A stretch of DNA of 64,000 bases from Octopus sinensis. Taxonomy: Eukaryota. This document shows positions 1-12,569 of this stretch, one piece after another. The position numbers and the translations under genes are program-made. The notes beneath the pieces are model-generated. The model searched no databases, was not told the DNA's origin, and saw only the letters and a list, made by a program, of their open reading frames with translations. Position 1 is the stretch's first letter. The number at the start of each line of letters is the position of its first letter. The stretch is from assembly GCF_006345805.1 (NCBI RefSeq), contig NC_043007.1, positions 33,232,001-33,296,000 on the forward strand, written 5' to 3'.

Positions 1-178
1 AATTTTTCTATTTTTTTTTCCTTTTTTTTGTGAAATGTCCCATATATTACTGTATCATTACATGAACTATTTTCGCTCTGTGGGTGACAAAGTGTTTGTT
101 ACTGTCCCCCACCTCTCCCTTTCTCTCTCTCATTTTATATATACCTATTGATTTATAGGTATGTGTTTTTGTTTCTGT

Positions 179-211
<33 letters not shown>

Positions 212-906
212 TATATATACAATATATACATATATACAAATACATATAATCATATATATGTATATTCCTTTCATTTTCTTACTTCTGTCAGGAACTGGAC
301 TGTTATTATCCTATGGCATACATTCACTTATTATATGCATTTTCTGATAGATGTATATATATCTATGTGCATAAATATAAATTCATATATACATGTATGT
401 ATATATACATATAAATATATATATATATATATATATTATATGTATATTATATATGTCATTATTCAGTTATTTTTTCAAGATTTCTTGCCAATAGAGAAAG
501 AACATCATCAACAGGGTATTTTTGTTTGTTTGTATGTATTTATGCGCAGTTTTGTATGTTCTATGTATGTATTCTCATGCATATAGTTGCATTGTATGTT
601 GTATATATGTATGTCTGTATTGTATTATTTAAAACAGTTTGAACTGGATCCATATGATTTAAAGTTTCATAATACATGTAACTCCTAATAAGCGCTTTGA
701 GTGCCCCTTTCTTTCATTTGTCCACTCATTTGTAATTATATTATATATATATACACGCTCACATATATATAGCTACATACATGTATGTATGTATGTATGT
801 ATGTATGTATCTATCTATCTATCTATATATATATATAATATATATATATGCATATATGTATATATATGTGAGTGATTGGACATGTGTGTGAGTGTTTGTG
901 TGTTTT

Positions 907-937
<31 letters not shown>

Positions 938-1149
938 TGTCATCATTGCTATCTGTGTGGGGAGCTTTCTTGTTCTACGAAGTTGCTCAACCCACTTCGA
1001 TTACTTTTATTTTGCCTACTTCTAACATGGTTTTCAAGTAACTTTCAGAGTCTCAGACAGGTGATCCTTCAGTATTGGTCTCCAGTATGTCAGTATGAGG
1101 ACATGATGTCATTCACACCCTTTCATAGCCCAGGGATTGTTGTATTGAT

Positions 1150-2400
1150 GAATGACCTTAGGTTTATTTTAATCATTAGATGACATTCTCTGCACAGAAC
1201 GATTGAGGACTGTAGATGGTTTATTCACTGACGGTGACTTGTTTTCTATTTTTTAGTGATCCTTGGTTTTTCCTGTCCTTCTCAAAGAATTCACAGCCTA
1301 CATAAGTGAGATTCCTGCCTTTTTTGTCTCTCCTTTGCAATAGTTTCAATCTTCTTTGGTTTTTGGTTGTTGTAAATCTGAGGTTTCAACTCACAATGTC
1401 TTTAACCCTTTCATTACCAACCCGGCTGAAACCGGCTCTGGCTCTGAATACAAATGTCTTGTTTTCATAAGTTCTGAATTAAAATTTTCCACCAAACCTT
1501 AGTCACAATTTATGTTCCTAACACTAGCTTAACGATAACTAGGTTATTTTACTAAATTCTTTGTTATATTTAAAGTAATTGAAAGAAACACAGAGCATCT
1601 CAAAATAAATACAGTAACGAAAGGGTTAAACCTCAGTTGTGATCTTCTGTGATACCATTTAACATTTTCACCAATACAGATTAAAAGACAGTCTTTAGGA
1701 TTTATTCATTGTCCATCCTTTGAGCATGATTGATACAGCATAACGCTTGGCCAATTTTCATTATTTTGATACTTGTCACTTCTATCTGTTCAAGGACAAA
1801 GACGTGGGTCTTCTTTTGCTTCCAGTTAATATCTAAAAGTAAGCAAAGACTTACTTGTTGGAACCGTTTAAACTATTTGGTGACATGTTGATAAATCCAT
1901 GTTTCTTTGGCCTGAAGAAGTGTACCAATAATAACTATTGCTTGATCATGGACAGCTTGGTGACAGTTTTAAGTCCATAGTTCTTGAAGAGTCTTTGATA
2001 AAGCTTTTCATACATAGCATATGCAGCATGTATCCTACTGTCAATCTCGTTGTTGATGGTCATATCTGAAAATAAAATTGAACCAAGGTGCAGAAAGCAG
2101 GAAACCTCTTTGACTGTGTTTCATTGATGGTTATCTCAGTGTTTTTTGGGGTAGATCTTGTAGTAGGTTGATTACAGGTTGTGAGTTATGTTGGAGTTAA
2201 CTTGTTGGGCTGTAAACTTCATATGCTGAGATCCAAGGATCACTTATTTGTTGAAGATTGATTTGGTTATAATTGGATCTTCATTGTCTTCCACATTCTG
2301 CATTTTTGAAATGGAGTTCATCAATATTTAATACCTTAATCAACAATCATTTCTTTCATTACCACCAATTGAAGATACCTCTAACAGACTGGATTGCGAG
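1150..2400 (-). pseudogene. Degenerate RTE-clade LINE 3' region (end of RT and C-terminal region), interrupted by a MITE
   Basis: Minus-strand translation with stops/frameshifts gives FLHLGSILFSDMTINNEIDSRIHAAYAMYEKLYQRLF...TLLQAKETWIY...INHAQRMDN...QLRFKDIV...CREC. These match, in order, typical RTE motifs (YLGS..EI..RI, LLYG.ETW, GHV.RM, LRFKD, terminal CxxC). Confidence 0.85.
1406..1625. mobile_element. piggyBac-type MITE, 220 bp (family P1)
   Basis: TIRs CCCTTTCATTAC / GTAACGAAAGGG; TTAA on both sides (1402-1405, 1626-1629); second copy at 62119-62339. Confidence 0.9.
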
Positions 2401-2830
2401 TTCTACATGTGAATTCGAAGAAATCAATCTCAGAATGAAAGGGAAATTGAGGAATCATGTTGATAACATACCAGCCATGGCCAGTATGTTTTACTATTTT
2501 TTTTGGTTTATTCTGCTACATACAGAGAATCTATATTTTCAAATTTGACATTTTCTAAGACAAAATGGTGTGATTTGAGGGAAATCTGGCCACAACTTAT
2601 GGCTGATCTCATAGTAGCTTCCCTGTTTATGCTAGCTGGTAAGTTCTGGTAATGCTGACAGTAAAAGCAGTAGGGTAGGTGGATCAATTGGCACATTACA
2701 GTCATTGGTCTTCTGTCCTTACTGTTTACAATTTTGCATCTCTGTATTATATTTAAGGGGTGGGGGTCTAATGAAGTTAATGATGAAGCAGTTATTGATT
2801 TTCAGAGGGTTTATTAATGTTTGTGTTGAT

Positions 2831-3267
2831 AGGAGTAGGGGTGGTTGTGTGGTAAGTAGCTTGCTTACCAACCACATGGTGTCGGGTTCAGTCCCACTGC
2901 ATGGCAACTTGGGCAAGTGTGTTCTCCCACAGCCTCGGGCAGACGAAAGCCTTGTCAGTGGATTTGGTGAAAGGAAGCTGAAAGAAGCCCGTCGTATATA
3001 TGTATATATATATATATGTGTGTATGTGTGTGTATGTGTGTTGTATGTGTGTGTGTGTATGTATGTGTGTGTATTTGTGTTTGTCCCCCCAACATCGCTT
3101 GACAACTGATGGTGGTGTGTTTACGTCCCCATAACTTAGCAGTTCAGTAAAAGTGACTTATAGAATAAGTACTAGACTTACAAAGAATAAGTCCTGGGGT
3201 TTATTTCCTTGACTAAAGGCGGTGCTCCAGCATGGCCACAGTCAAATAACTGAAACAAGTAAAAGAG
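2831..3267 (+). mobile_element. tRNA-derived SINE, family A (octopus OK/OR-type; exact family not assigned)
   Basis: A-box-like TGGTTGTGTGGT, B-box-like GGTTCAGTCCC, internal (TA/TG)n, 3' end GTCAAATAACTGAAACAAGTAAAAGAG; more than 12 homologous copies in the window. Confidence 0.9.
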
Positions 3268-3371
3268 ATACCTAAATATACATTTTATGGGGCTTTAAAT
3301 GGTTCCTGATGCAGCAGCTGTTTTTGTATGTATTCTTAGGGGTTATCTTTTAATGTTTGGCTTGACTAATA

Positions 3372-3572
3372 CTAGTTTCAAATTTTGGTATAAGACCAGC
3401 AATTCCAGGATAGGGATTAAGTCAATTACATCGATACATATTTTACTGACCCTGAAAAGATGAAAGGCAAAATAGACCCTGGTGGAATTTGAACTTGGAG
3501 CACAAAATCAGAAAAAAATGCCATTAATCATTTCCCCCAGCATGCTAACAATTCTACCAGCATACCACCTTT
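3372..3572 (-). mobile_element. SINE family B, degenerate
   Basis: Reverse complement of the GTTCAAATTCCGCC...GCCTTTCATCCTTTCGGGGTCGATAAA core, with decay. Confidence 0.7.
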
Positions 3573-3604
3573 GCCTGGTCTGATATTAGCGATGGTAAGT
3601 CACC

Positions 3605-3870
3605 ATAATCATCATCACAATTTCATTTAGCATCCACTTTTCCTTGCTCACATAGGTCAGAGGGAATTTATTGTGGCAGATAGATTACCTACAGCTGGAT
3701 GCTCTTCCTGAGGCCAACCCTCACCGGTTCCCAAGCAATGTTGTGTTCCCATAATGCCAGGCATGTTTTTTTCATGGAAGACTACAAATGAACAATGTTG
3801 CTTGTAAGATGGTGATGCTTGTTTACAAACATCACATGACGTCAAATCAAGGTTACACGCAAACACAAAC
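3605..3870 (-). mobile_element. Family D repeat ((GAT)n-tailed, probably RTE-mobilised SINE-like), degenerate
   Basis: Contains CTACAGCTGGATGCTCTTCCTG (reverse complement of the GGAAGGGCATCCAGCTGTAG motif) next to a CAT tract. Confidence 0.6.
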
Positions 3871-3927
3871 ATATACACTCATACATATGCATATATATAC
3901 ATACACATATGTATATGTATGCATCGT

Positions 3928-4072
3928 ATGATGGCTTGAGTAGCTGAAACTTCGAAGTTACTGTCTGTATTATTCTTGTTAAAGAATGATAGATTTGAAT
4001 TCTAGCAAAATATATTGAGAAATCCTTCAGTTTTAATGTAAAATAGTTTTATTATAGCAAAAACAACCATCA

Positions 4073-4073
<1 letters not shown>
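3928..4073 (+). mobile_element. 5'-truncated Penelope-like pLTR fragment with partial hammerhead motif
   Basis: ATGATG-GCT-tgagt-AGC-t-GAAA-CTTCGAAG-TTA (palindromic stem III); flanked by TA/TG-rich microsatellites. Confidence 0.5.
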
Positions 4074-4103
<30 letters not shown>

Positions 4104-4930
4104 TGTATGTATGTATATATATATGTGTATATATATATATGTGTGTGTGTGTGTATATGTATATATACACACACATATATGCATACATACAACCCCACAC
4201 ACACATATACATACACACATGTATATATATATATATATATATGAATATACACATACATACATACATACATACATACATACATAAATATATATATATAATA
4301 TATATATATATATGTGTATGTGTGTGTGTGTGTGTTTCTTGCCTCTTCAACAAACATTACTTTTCAATAGAGTTATTACTTACGACTCATAAAGATTAAG
4401 AACTAGCTACTTTTGCTTCTTATCTCTCTCTTTCTCTCTCTCTCTTCTCTCTCTCTCTCTCTCTTTCTGTATATTTATATATATATATATATTAAATATA
4501 TAAGCAATCAGTATCTCTCAGTTTCCTTCTACCAAATCCACTTACAATGCTTTAGTCAGCTCAAGGCTATATTAAACGAAACTTGCCTAAGGTACTACAC
4601 ATTGGAACTGAACACGTGACTGCTGACCGCATGCTTAAGGATACTTTAAATGTTTGTCTGGACTAATTTTAGCCTCAGTATCTCTAATAAAGTTTTAAGA
4701 GGTCTCATATAGTTACAGATGCACCAGTTCTTTAGTGTACTTTGAAGCTACTTGTACTCATATTGGTTTCAAATTTTGGCATAGAACCAGCGAATCTAGG
4801 TGGAGGGGGTGAGTGAGTAACATTGATCCCAATATATTACTGGTACTTATTGTATTGACACTGAAGAGATGAAAGACAAACTGAAACTCTGCAGAATTTA
4901 AACTCAAATTTTTACTAATATTAATACTAA

Positions 4931-5119
4931 TAACAAGTAATATTCGTAGCCACTTTAACATGGCTGTCTGTTCGAGTGGACTCTACTGCGATTTCTTTAA
5001 ACCCCAAGAGGACATTTCTGGCTGGTTAATGATGCTCAGCTGTATCTGGGATTAAAATTCACAAAAGAGTCCGCTTGAATGGACAGCCATGTTAAAGTGA
5101 CTTTGAATATTACTTGTTA
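4931..5119. mobile_element. Foldback/MITE-like element with ~55-bp imperfect inverted arms
   Basis: TAACAAGTAATATTC...CACTTTAACATGGCTGTC...GGACTCT pairs with AGAGTCC...GACAGCCATGTTAAAGTG...GAATATTACTTGTTA. Confidence 0.7.
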
Positions 5120-5269
5120 GTACAACTACAGCATTTTCACAGTGTGACATTTTTAGTAGTTCTTATTTAAATATCATATATATTAAATGGTATTTACATC
5201 TCACTGGATTGAGCACATTTTGTTACTTCTACATGAAATGGGAATAGATCAATCTATCTATATGTCTAT

Positions 5270-5780
<511 letters not shown>

Positions 5781-6054
5781 TTTTTGCCTAAATTCTGATA
5801 GTTTATTCCCTCCCTAAATAGTTGATGATGTTATGAGATGTTTCACAGCTGATGCTCATGTAAACACAAATGTCTCATTGAGCATCGTATAGCAAACATG
5901 AATGTTCAAAGCACGTGTTAATAATAACGTTAATATAATAACTAAATACTAAATGTAACTATGGATACAATATTTGCCAAGAGTGTTTTTTTTAATATAT
6001 ATTTCACATGAATGTCTCCATGTGTTTTTGGTTACTATTTTGTTTATCTATTTC

Positions 6055-6096
6055 ACCACCACCACCATCATCATCATCATCAACATCATCATTATC

Positions 6097-6151
<55 letters not shown>

Positions 6152-6410
6152 CCTTAATCATCATCATCATTTAATGACCGGCATTGATCGGGCAGTTTGA
6201 CAGAAGCAGGTGGGGCCAGAGGACTGTGTCAAGCTCCACAGTTTACTTTGGTATGGTTTTCACAACTAAGATGCCTTTCCTAAAAACCAGGAACTTTGCA
6301 GAGTGGACCCAGTGCCCCTTATGAAGCACTAGCATTGGCAAGGTCTGATTTGCCATGTTCTTTATGGTTGGATGCCCTTCCTAATGCCAACCACTTTATA
6401 GGGTGAACTT
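6055..6410 (-). mobile_element. Family D repeat with expanded (CAT)n tail (6055-6170)
   Basis: TGGATGCCCTTCCTAATGCCAACCACTTT motif; CAT array abuts the element's 3' end. Confidence 0.7.
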
Positions 6411-6649
6411 TATTTATTCCTACATATTCTATAATTGTTAGCACATTGTAAAAATTTATTAGCATAAATCTTGAAATTTTGTTAAAGTAGGGTTTAGCTC
6501 TTTTGCTACAGAAATTAGGTATATCCATTAAAAATTTCATTACCTTTAACCATAGAAAGTAGTTTTATAAACCAACCTTTTTTTGTTGAGAAATGTCATG
6601 TTTGATACTATTTTTCTTAGATATGTCAATTTTATTGAAGTAAATTGAC

Positions 6650-7812
6650 TTGCAGGAAATATCACTTCTACTTGTAAGTACTTGGTGGCCCTGTCAGTGC
6701 AGGTGCCACTTAAAAGTACCCAGTCAATGCTGCAAAGTGGTTGGTGTTCAGAAGGGCATCCAGCTGTAAAAACCTTGCAGAAACTGACCTCACCTGTGCT
6801 TGTGCCACGTAAAAAGCACTAAGCCCACTCTGCTGAGTGGTTGGTGTTAGGAAGGACATCCAGCTGTAAAAACCTTGCCAAAACTGACCTCACCTGTGCT
6901 TGTGCCACGTAAAAAGCACTAAGCCCACTCTGCTGAGTGGTTGGTGTTAGGAAGGACATCCAGCTGTAAAAACCTTGCAGAAACTGACCTCACCTGTGCT
7001 TGTGCCACGTAAAAAGCACTAAGCCCACTCTGCTGAGTGGTTGGTGTTAGGAAGGACATCCAGCTGTAAAAACCTTGCAGAAACTGACCTCACCTGTGCT
7101 TGTGCCACGTAAAAAGCACTAAGCCCACTCTGCTGAGTGGTTGGTGTTAGGAAGGACATCCAGCTGTAAAAACCTTGCCAAAACTGACCTCACCTGTGCT
7201 TGTGCCACATAAAAAGCACTAAGTCCACTCTGCTGAGTGGTTGGTGTTAGGAAGGACATCCAGCTGTAAAAACCTTGCAGAAACTGACCTCACCTGTGCT
7301 TGTGCCACGTAAAAAGCACTAAGCCCACTCTGCTGAGTGGTTGGTGTTAGGAAGGGCATCCAGCTATAAAAACCTTGCCAAAACTGACCTCACCTGTGCT
7401 TGTGCCACGTAAAAAGCACTAAGCCCACTCTGCTGAGTGGTCGGTGTTAGGAAGGACATCCAGCTGTAAAAACCTTGCCAAGACTGACATCACCTGTGCT
7501 TGTGCCACATTAAAAGCACTAAGTACACTCTGCTGAGCAGTTGGTGTTAGGAAGGGCATCCAGCTGTAAAAACCTTCCCAAAACTGACCTCACCTGTGCT
7601 TGTGACATGTTAAAAAGCACTAAGTTCACTCTGCTGAGTGATTGGTGTTTGGAAGGGCATCCAGCTGTAAAAATCTGGCCAAAACAGACACAGAAGTCTG
7701 GTGCAGGCTTCAGTCTGGCTAGCTCTTGTGGTATTGTCCCATCCACATTAGCTTGGAAGACAGATATTAAACGATGAGGATGATGATGATGATGATGATG
7801 ACGACGATGATG
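6650..7812 (+). mobile_element. Family D repeat containing a 100-bp tandem array, ending in (GAT)n
   Basis: Array 6691-7690, then ...CCATCCACATTAGCTTGGAAGACAGATATTAAACGATGAGGATGAT. Confidence 0.85.
6691..7690. repeat. Tandem repeat, 100-bp unit, about 10 copies
   Basis: AAACTGACCTCACCTGTGCT (or near variant) recurs at 6781, 6881, 6981 ... 7581 with exact 100-bp period. Confidence 0.97.
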
Positions 7813-7924
7813 ACTTTGTTTAGAGGATAGTTAACATCATTACTGTAAATACTGGAATAACCATAAAAGTCTATTTTGCAGCTGATGCGTCAAAGGGTGG
7901 AGTTTATGTATTTGTTTCTTTTCT

Positions 7925-8137
7925 GCTAGAATTGTTAGCACATTGGTCAAAATACTTTGTTTCAATTCTTTATATTCTGAGTTCAAATCCTGCCAAGATT
8001 AACTTTACTTTTGAATCCTTTTAGAGTCAATAAAATAAAGTACCAACCAAGCACTGCAGTTGAAGTAACTGACTTGACCCCCACTCCCACCCCTCCATCT
8101 AAAATTACTGGCCTTGTGCTGAAATTTGAAACCATTA
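7925..8137 (+). mobile_element. SINE family B, degenerate
   Basis: TTCTGAGTTCAAATCCTGCCAAG...GTCAATAAAATAAAGTACC...GGCCTTGTGC. Confidence 0.7.
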
Positions 8138-8164
8138 TTTACTTATAGTTAACCTGATGCTTTT

Positions 8165-8335
8165 GGAATCATGTAGCCTAGTGGTTAAGGTATTGGGCCA
8201 GTGATTATAATAGACATGGGTTCAGTTCCTAGATAGAGTGGCACATTGTATCATTGAGCATAGCACTTCATTTCATGTTGTTCTAGTTTTACTTAGCTGT
8301 AAAAACCACTAGCAAAGGTTGCTGGTATAGCTCAT
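8165..8335 (+). mobile_element. SINE family C head and M2 body, degenerate
   Basis: TAGCCTAGTGGTTAAGG...GGTTCAGTTCC...TTGAGCATAGCACTTCATTTCATGTTG; homologous to 60315-60455. Confidence 0.6.
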
Positions 8336-8639
8336 TTTCCCATTCAGTCATTACATACAAGTTGATGGGATCCAGACTATGTCTGCTCATAACTACATAT
8401 GCATCAGTTACAACTACATACGCATCAGTTAGCAAAAGCATGGTACATTCAGCAACCTGTAGTAATTCCTGAGTCATGCTTTGCCATACTAGCATGATGC
8501 TATTTATTTCGATTCATGAGTACGTTAAACACTATATGTTATGTTAAATAAACTGTAATGCATATTGAAATCTGTTTATGAAATTAATAATTTTTTTAGA
8601 TGTTCATTTGTCTTTTTGATTCTGATAATTTTATTGCAG

Positions 8640-8715
8640 AGTAAAACAAATAAAAAGGGAAGAAAAGAAGACCAAACCAAATCATCCGTGACTACCACTT
8701 CAAAAGGGAAACATT
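8640..8715 (+). CDS. Candidate internal exon of an unidentified host gene
   Basis: Acceptor ttttattgcag; donor gttagt (alternative gtatga at 8720); single open frame SKTNKKGRKEDQTKSSVTTTSKGKH in unique sequence. Confidence 0.3.
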
Positions 8716-8917
8716 GTTAGTATGATGCTTCATTTAAAGTAAAAGCCATGCTATTTGCACAAAACTGTGGTTAATAGCTGCAAAGCTGCAAAACTGCAAA
8801 ACTGGGTTTAGCATTTATGACACACAAGAGCATGACTAGCCATGCAACAACAAAATTAGAGCCCTTCTCAATAATGATCAACGAACCATTTACTACTTCA
8901 AACAGAAACCCCCCCGA

Positions 8918-9008
8918 TGTCATCATCATCATCATCGTCGTCGTCATTGTCTTTGTCATTGTCATCATCAGCATCAGCATCATAATCGTCATCATCATAA
9001 TCGTCATT

Positions 9009-9060
<52 letters not shown>

Positions 9061-9378
9061 GCAGCATCATAATCTTCATCATCATAATCGTCATTATCAT
9101 CATCATCATCATCATCATCAGCATCAGCATCCTCATCATCATAATCGTTGTCATCATCATCGTCATTGTCTTTGTCATTGTCATAATCATCATCATAATC
9201 GTCATCATCATCATCATCATCCTCACCATCATAATCGTTGTCATCATCATCATCATCATCGTCATTGTCTTTGTCATTGTCATAATCATCATCATAATCG
9301 TCATCGTCATCATCATCATCATCATCATTATCATCATCGTCATCTTTGTCTTTGTCATCCTCATCATCATCATCATCC
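8918..9378. repeat. Imperfect (CAT)n microsatellite with higher-order variants
   Basis: Visible; source of the poly-M/poly-I ORFs. Confidence 0.97.
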
Positions 9379-9670
9379 TATATGCCAATGAAACCAGGAA
9401 ACCGGCCCTTGTGTGCCGGGCACAGCTCAAGAAGGAACAAACAACATCATTGGTATGTATGTGTTATATATGCAGTTGAAAAAAACCCACACCAAATCCC
9501 TATCTGTGTAAACAAAGAACATGATAGCTTGTAATAGCTGGGAGTTGCATATCATAATAATAAAGTCAAACCAAATATTGGACTCTATCATGTGTGTGTG
9601 AGTATGTGTATCATCATTATCATCATCATCATCATTTACCTCTATGCTCTGAGTTGGCATGATGACACCT

Positions 9671-10060
9671 AAAGGTGGTGAGCTGGCAGAATCTTTAGCA
9701 TGCCGAGCGAAATGCTTAGCAGTATTTCGTCTGCCGCTACGTTCTGAGTTCAAATTCCGCCGAGGTCGACTTTGCCTTTCATCCTTTTGGGGTCGATTAA
9801 ATAAGTACCGGTTATGCACTGGGGTCGATATAATCGGCTTAATCCGTTTGTCTATCCTTGCTTGTCCTCCCTGTGTTTAGCTCCTTGTGGGTAGTAAAGA
9901 AATAGAAATAGGTATTTCGTCTGTCTTTACTTTCTGGGTTCAAATTCCGCCAAGGTCGACTTTGCTTTTCATCCTTTCGGGGTCGATAAATTAAATATCA
10001 GCTGTGTACTGGGGTCGATCTAATCGACTGCCCCCCTCCCCCCAAATTTTAGGCCTGTGT
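9671..10060 (+). mobile_element. SINE family B, dimer-like (head plus two core units)
   Basis: AAGGTGGTGAGCTGGCAGAATC head; core GGTCGACTTTGCCTTTCATCCTTT..GGGGTCGAT present twice. Confidence 0.9.
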
Positions 10061-10559
10061 CCATAGACTGCAGTGAATTTCAGTGACATAGTTTTTATGA
10101 CTGGATGCCCCCTTCCTAATGCAGACCACATTACAGAATGCACAGGCGGCATTACTTCATGCAACCCACATTAAGTAGTATCAAACATGTGTACTACTAT
10201 ATAAGATTTCAAAATGTTATATCACCTGTTTAATGTTATCAGACAGTTATTGCTATCTAACAGACAGCATCTCAAAGTGATGACAATAAACAGCTTATTC
10301 TGTGTTTATAATTTCTCTTCATTTATTTTTGTTTACCCTTTGTTTATCATTCAGCAATTTCTTATTGATTTATGTTTTTATGTCGACTATAATCAGATTT
10401 AATCATTTGAAAATTATGAGTTTCGACACAGAATGAATATATATGACACAGAAAAGATTCAGAATGGTTGCAGGTGTCTTCTGAAGATTGTATGATTTAA
10501 CTCCTCTGTAAATCAAGTCACTAAGCTCTGTTTGTATACATTAATCATTGAGGTGATAA

Positions 10560-10910
10560 TTCCCAGGGAAAAAAAGATCAGTAGAATCTATAAAGCTTCA
10601 GATATCTTCAACAGACATTGCCTTAGAACCATTCTAATAATTTCTAAGAATAGCCACAATGCAAATGAAGAAAATCACAGACAGAGCTAGGCTGAGTAAC
10701 CTACAGAAAACAGCTTGGTAAGATAGTGAAAAGCATTTGGTAATGTGCTCACTAGTCTCATGAAGAGACTAGTGAGAATCTCACTTGAGTGGGAGCAAGC
10801 CAGAAGATACACCTAGAAGGTGAGGACAGATCTTTCAAAACTTTTTCAAAGACTACATTGGGTGGGAGCTGGCGCAAATGTAGGCTGGAGACAGGAGTTG
10901 CAACCATACT
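10560..10910 (+). pseudogene. Highly degenerate RTE-type LINE C-terminal fragment
   Basis: Fragments IFNRHCLRTIL, FGNVL, KRLVRISLEW, WELAQM*AGDRS resemble RTE C-terminal motifs. Confidence 0.5.
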
Positions 10911-10949
10911 GAGTGGAGATCTTTTGATATTTGATGTACCATAGAGATC

Positions 10950-11370
10950 AGAAGGATGGGCTCCTGGATCTTAGGAGCCTTCCAGTCCAGAGAACAAGGT
11001 GTCATCATTCCACTTTTCTCCTCCTTTGTACGGCCACACCTCAAATACTGCTGCCCTTTGTGGTCTCTCCATACAAAACAAAACATCTCGAGGATTGAAT
11101 AACCCCAGAGGGCACTCACTAAACGAATTGATGGCATGACTGATCTTGATTATTGGGACCGCCTTAAAGCCTTGCAACTTTATTCTCTCCAGCGCCGCCA
11201 CAAGCAGTACATCATTTGTACAATGTGGAGAATATACTGCCAGCATTGCCCAAACGACCTGAACATTAGTTTCAAGGTTCATCCAAGGCTGAAACCAAGG
11301 GCCGTACATCCCTTCCCAATTCAGGATCACAGCATATAGGTACACAGCATACAGGTACATTCCTCAACAG
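10950..11370 (+). pseudogene. CR1/L2-type LINE ORF2 C-terminal fragment
   Basis: LFSSFVRPHLKYCCPLWSLHTKQNISRIE*PQRALTKRIDGMTDLDYWDRLKALQLYSLQRR matches the CR1-group pattern VRPHLEY..W...E.VQR..TK...Y.ERL..L.L.SL.RR. Confidence 0.85.
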
Positions 11371-11372
11371 GA

Positions 11373-11460
<88 letters not shown>

Positions 11461-11545
11461 TTGATGATGAGGATGATGAAACTGATGCAGATGCTGCCAA
11501 CACTGCCAATGACTGGGTTGATGGACAAGCTTCTATTGCAGCTGC

Positions 11546-11590
<45 letters not shown>

Positions 11591-11685
11591 CAATGATGAC
11601 TGTAACAATGACCGGACAGTGATGATGACAATAATGATGCTGATGGTGACGATGGTGGTGGTGGAAGAGGAGGTCAATGATGAAA
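11373..11685. repeat. (GAT)n microsatellite complex
   Basis: Visible. Confidence 0.95.
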
Positions 11686-11927
11686 ATGTTAGCAAATATT
11701 CCTCCCATATGGATACTGAAAAATTAAGAAGATAGCAATTGGTGGAGACATTAGGAATGATTAACGAGAAGTATATTCATCTGAGATCAATAACATATCA
11801 AGTAATTGCATATATTGATTGCCGAGATCTATTGAGTGATTCTACAAGTTCCAATTTGGAAAAAAAGGGGGGAAACTATTAACTTTATACATAATAACGT
11901 GAGGCTAAAGTTTCTAAGAGGGGTTCG

Positions 11928-12221
11928 TCATTATCATCATCATCATCATCATCATCATCGTCATTATCATCATTATCATCATCATCATCATCATCATCAT
12001 CATTATCATCGTCATCGTCATCGTCATCGTCATCATCATCGTCATCATCATCGTCTTCATCATCATCATCGTCATTATCATCATCATCATCATCATCATC
12101 GTCATCATCATCGTCATCATCATCATCATCATCATCATCGTCATCATCATCATCATCATCATCGTCTTCATCATCATCATCATCATCATCATCACCATCA
12201 TCATCGTCATCATCATCATCG

Positions 12222-12273
<52 letters not shown>

Positions 12274-12560
12274 TCTCGTCATCGTCATCATCATCATCAT
12301 CGTCATCATTATCATCGTCGTTGTCGTCGTCATCGTAATTGTTTTAAAGTCCACTTCTCTATGCTTGCATGGGTTGGATGGATTTTTATGAAAGCAGATT
12401 TTTTATGACCAAATGCCCTTCCTCTTGTTGCTGGGCTGCACCTTTTATTCCAAGCAAGGTAAAATTCCTCTCCATGGCCAGACATGTTTTTGCGAAAGAT
12501 TGAAACTGAACAACACGGCTTGTATGATGGTGACAATTACAACTACCTCACAATGTCTAG
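11928..12560 (-). mobile_element. Family D repeat with ~400-bp expanded (CAT/CGT)n tail (11928-12335)
   Basis: Array directly followed by TTTAAAGTCCACTTCTCTATGCTTGCATGGGTTGGATGG, the reverse complement of the family D 3' end. Confidence 0.75.
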
Positions 12561-12569
12561 GGGAGGAGA

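Noticed and set aside
6691-7690. CRISPR-like array
   Set aside because: Contiguous near-identical 100-bp units with no unique spacers, no cas genes, and a eukaryotic context.
10355-10473. Exon after a strong pyrimidine tract
   Set aside because: All frames from the available AG acceptors hit stops.
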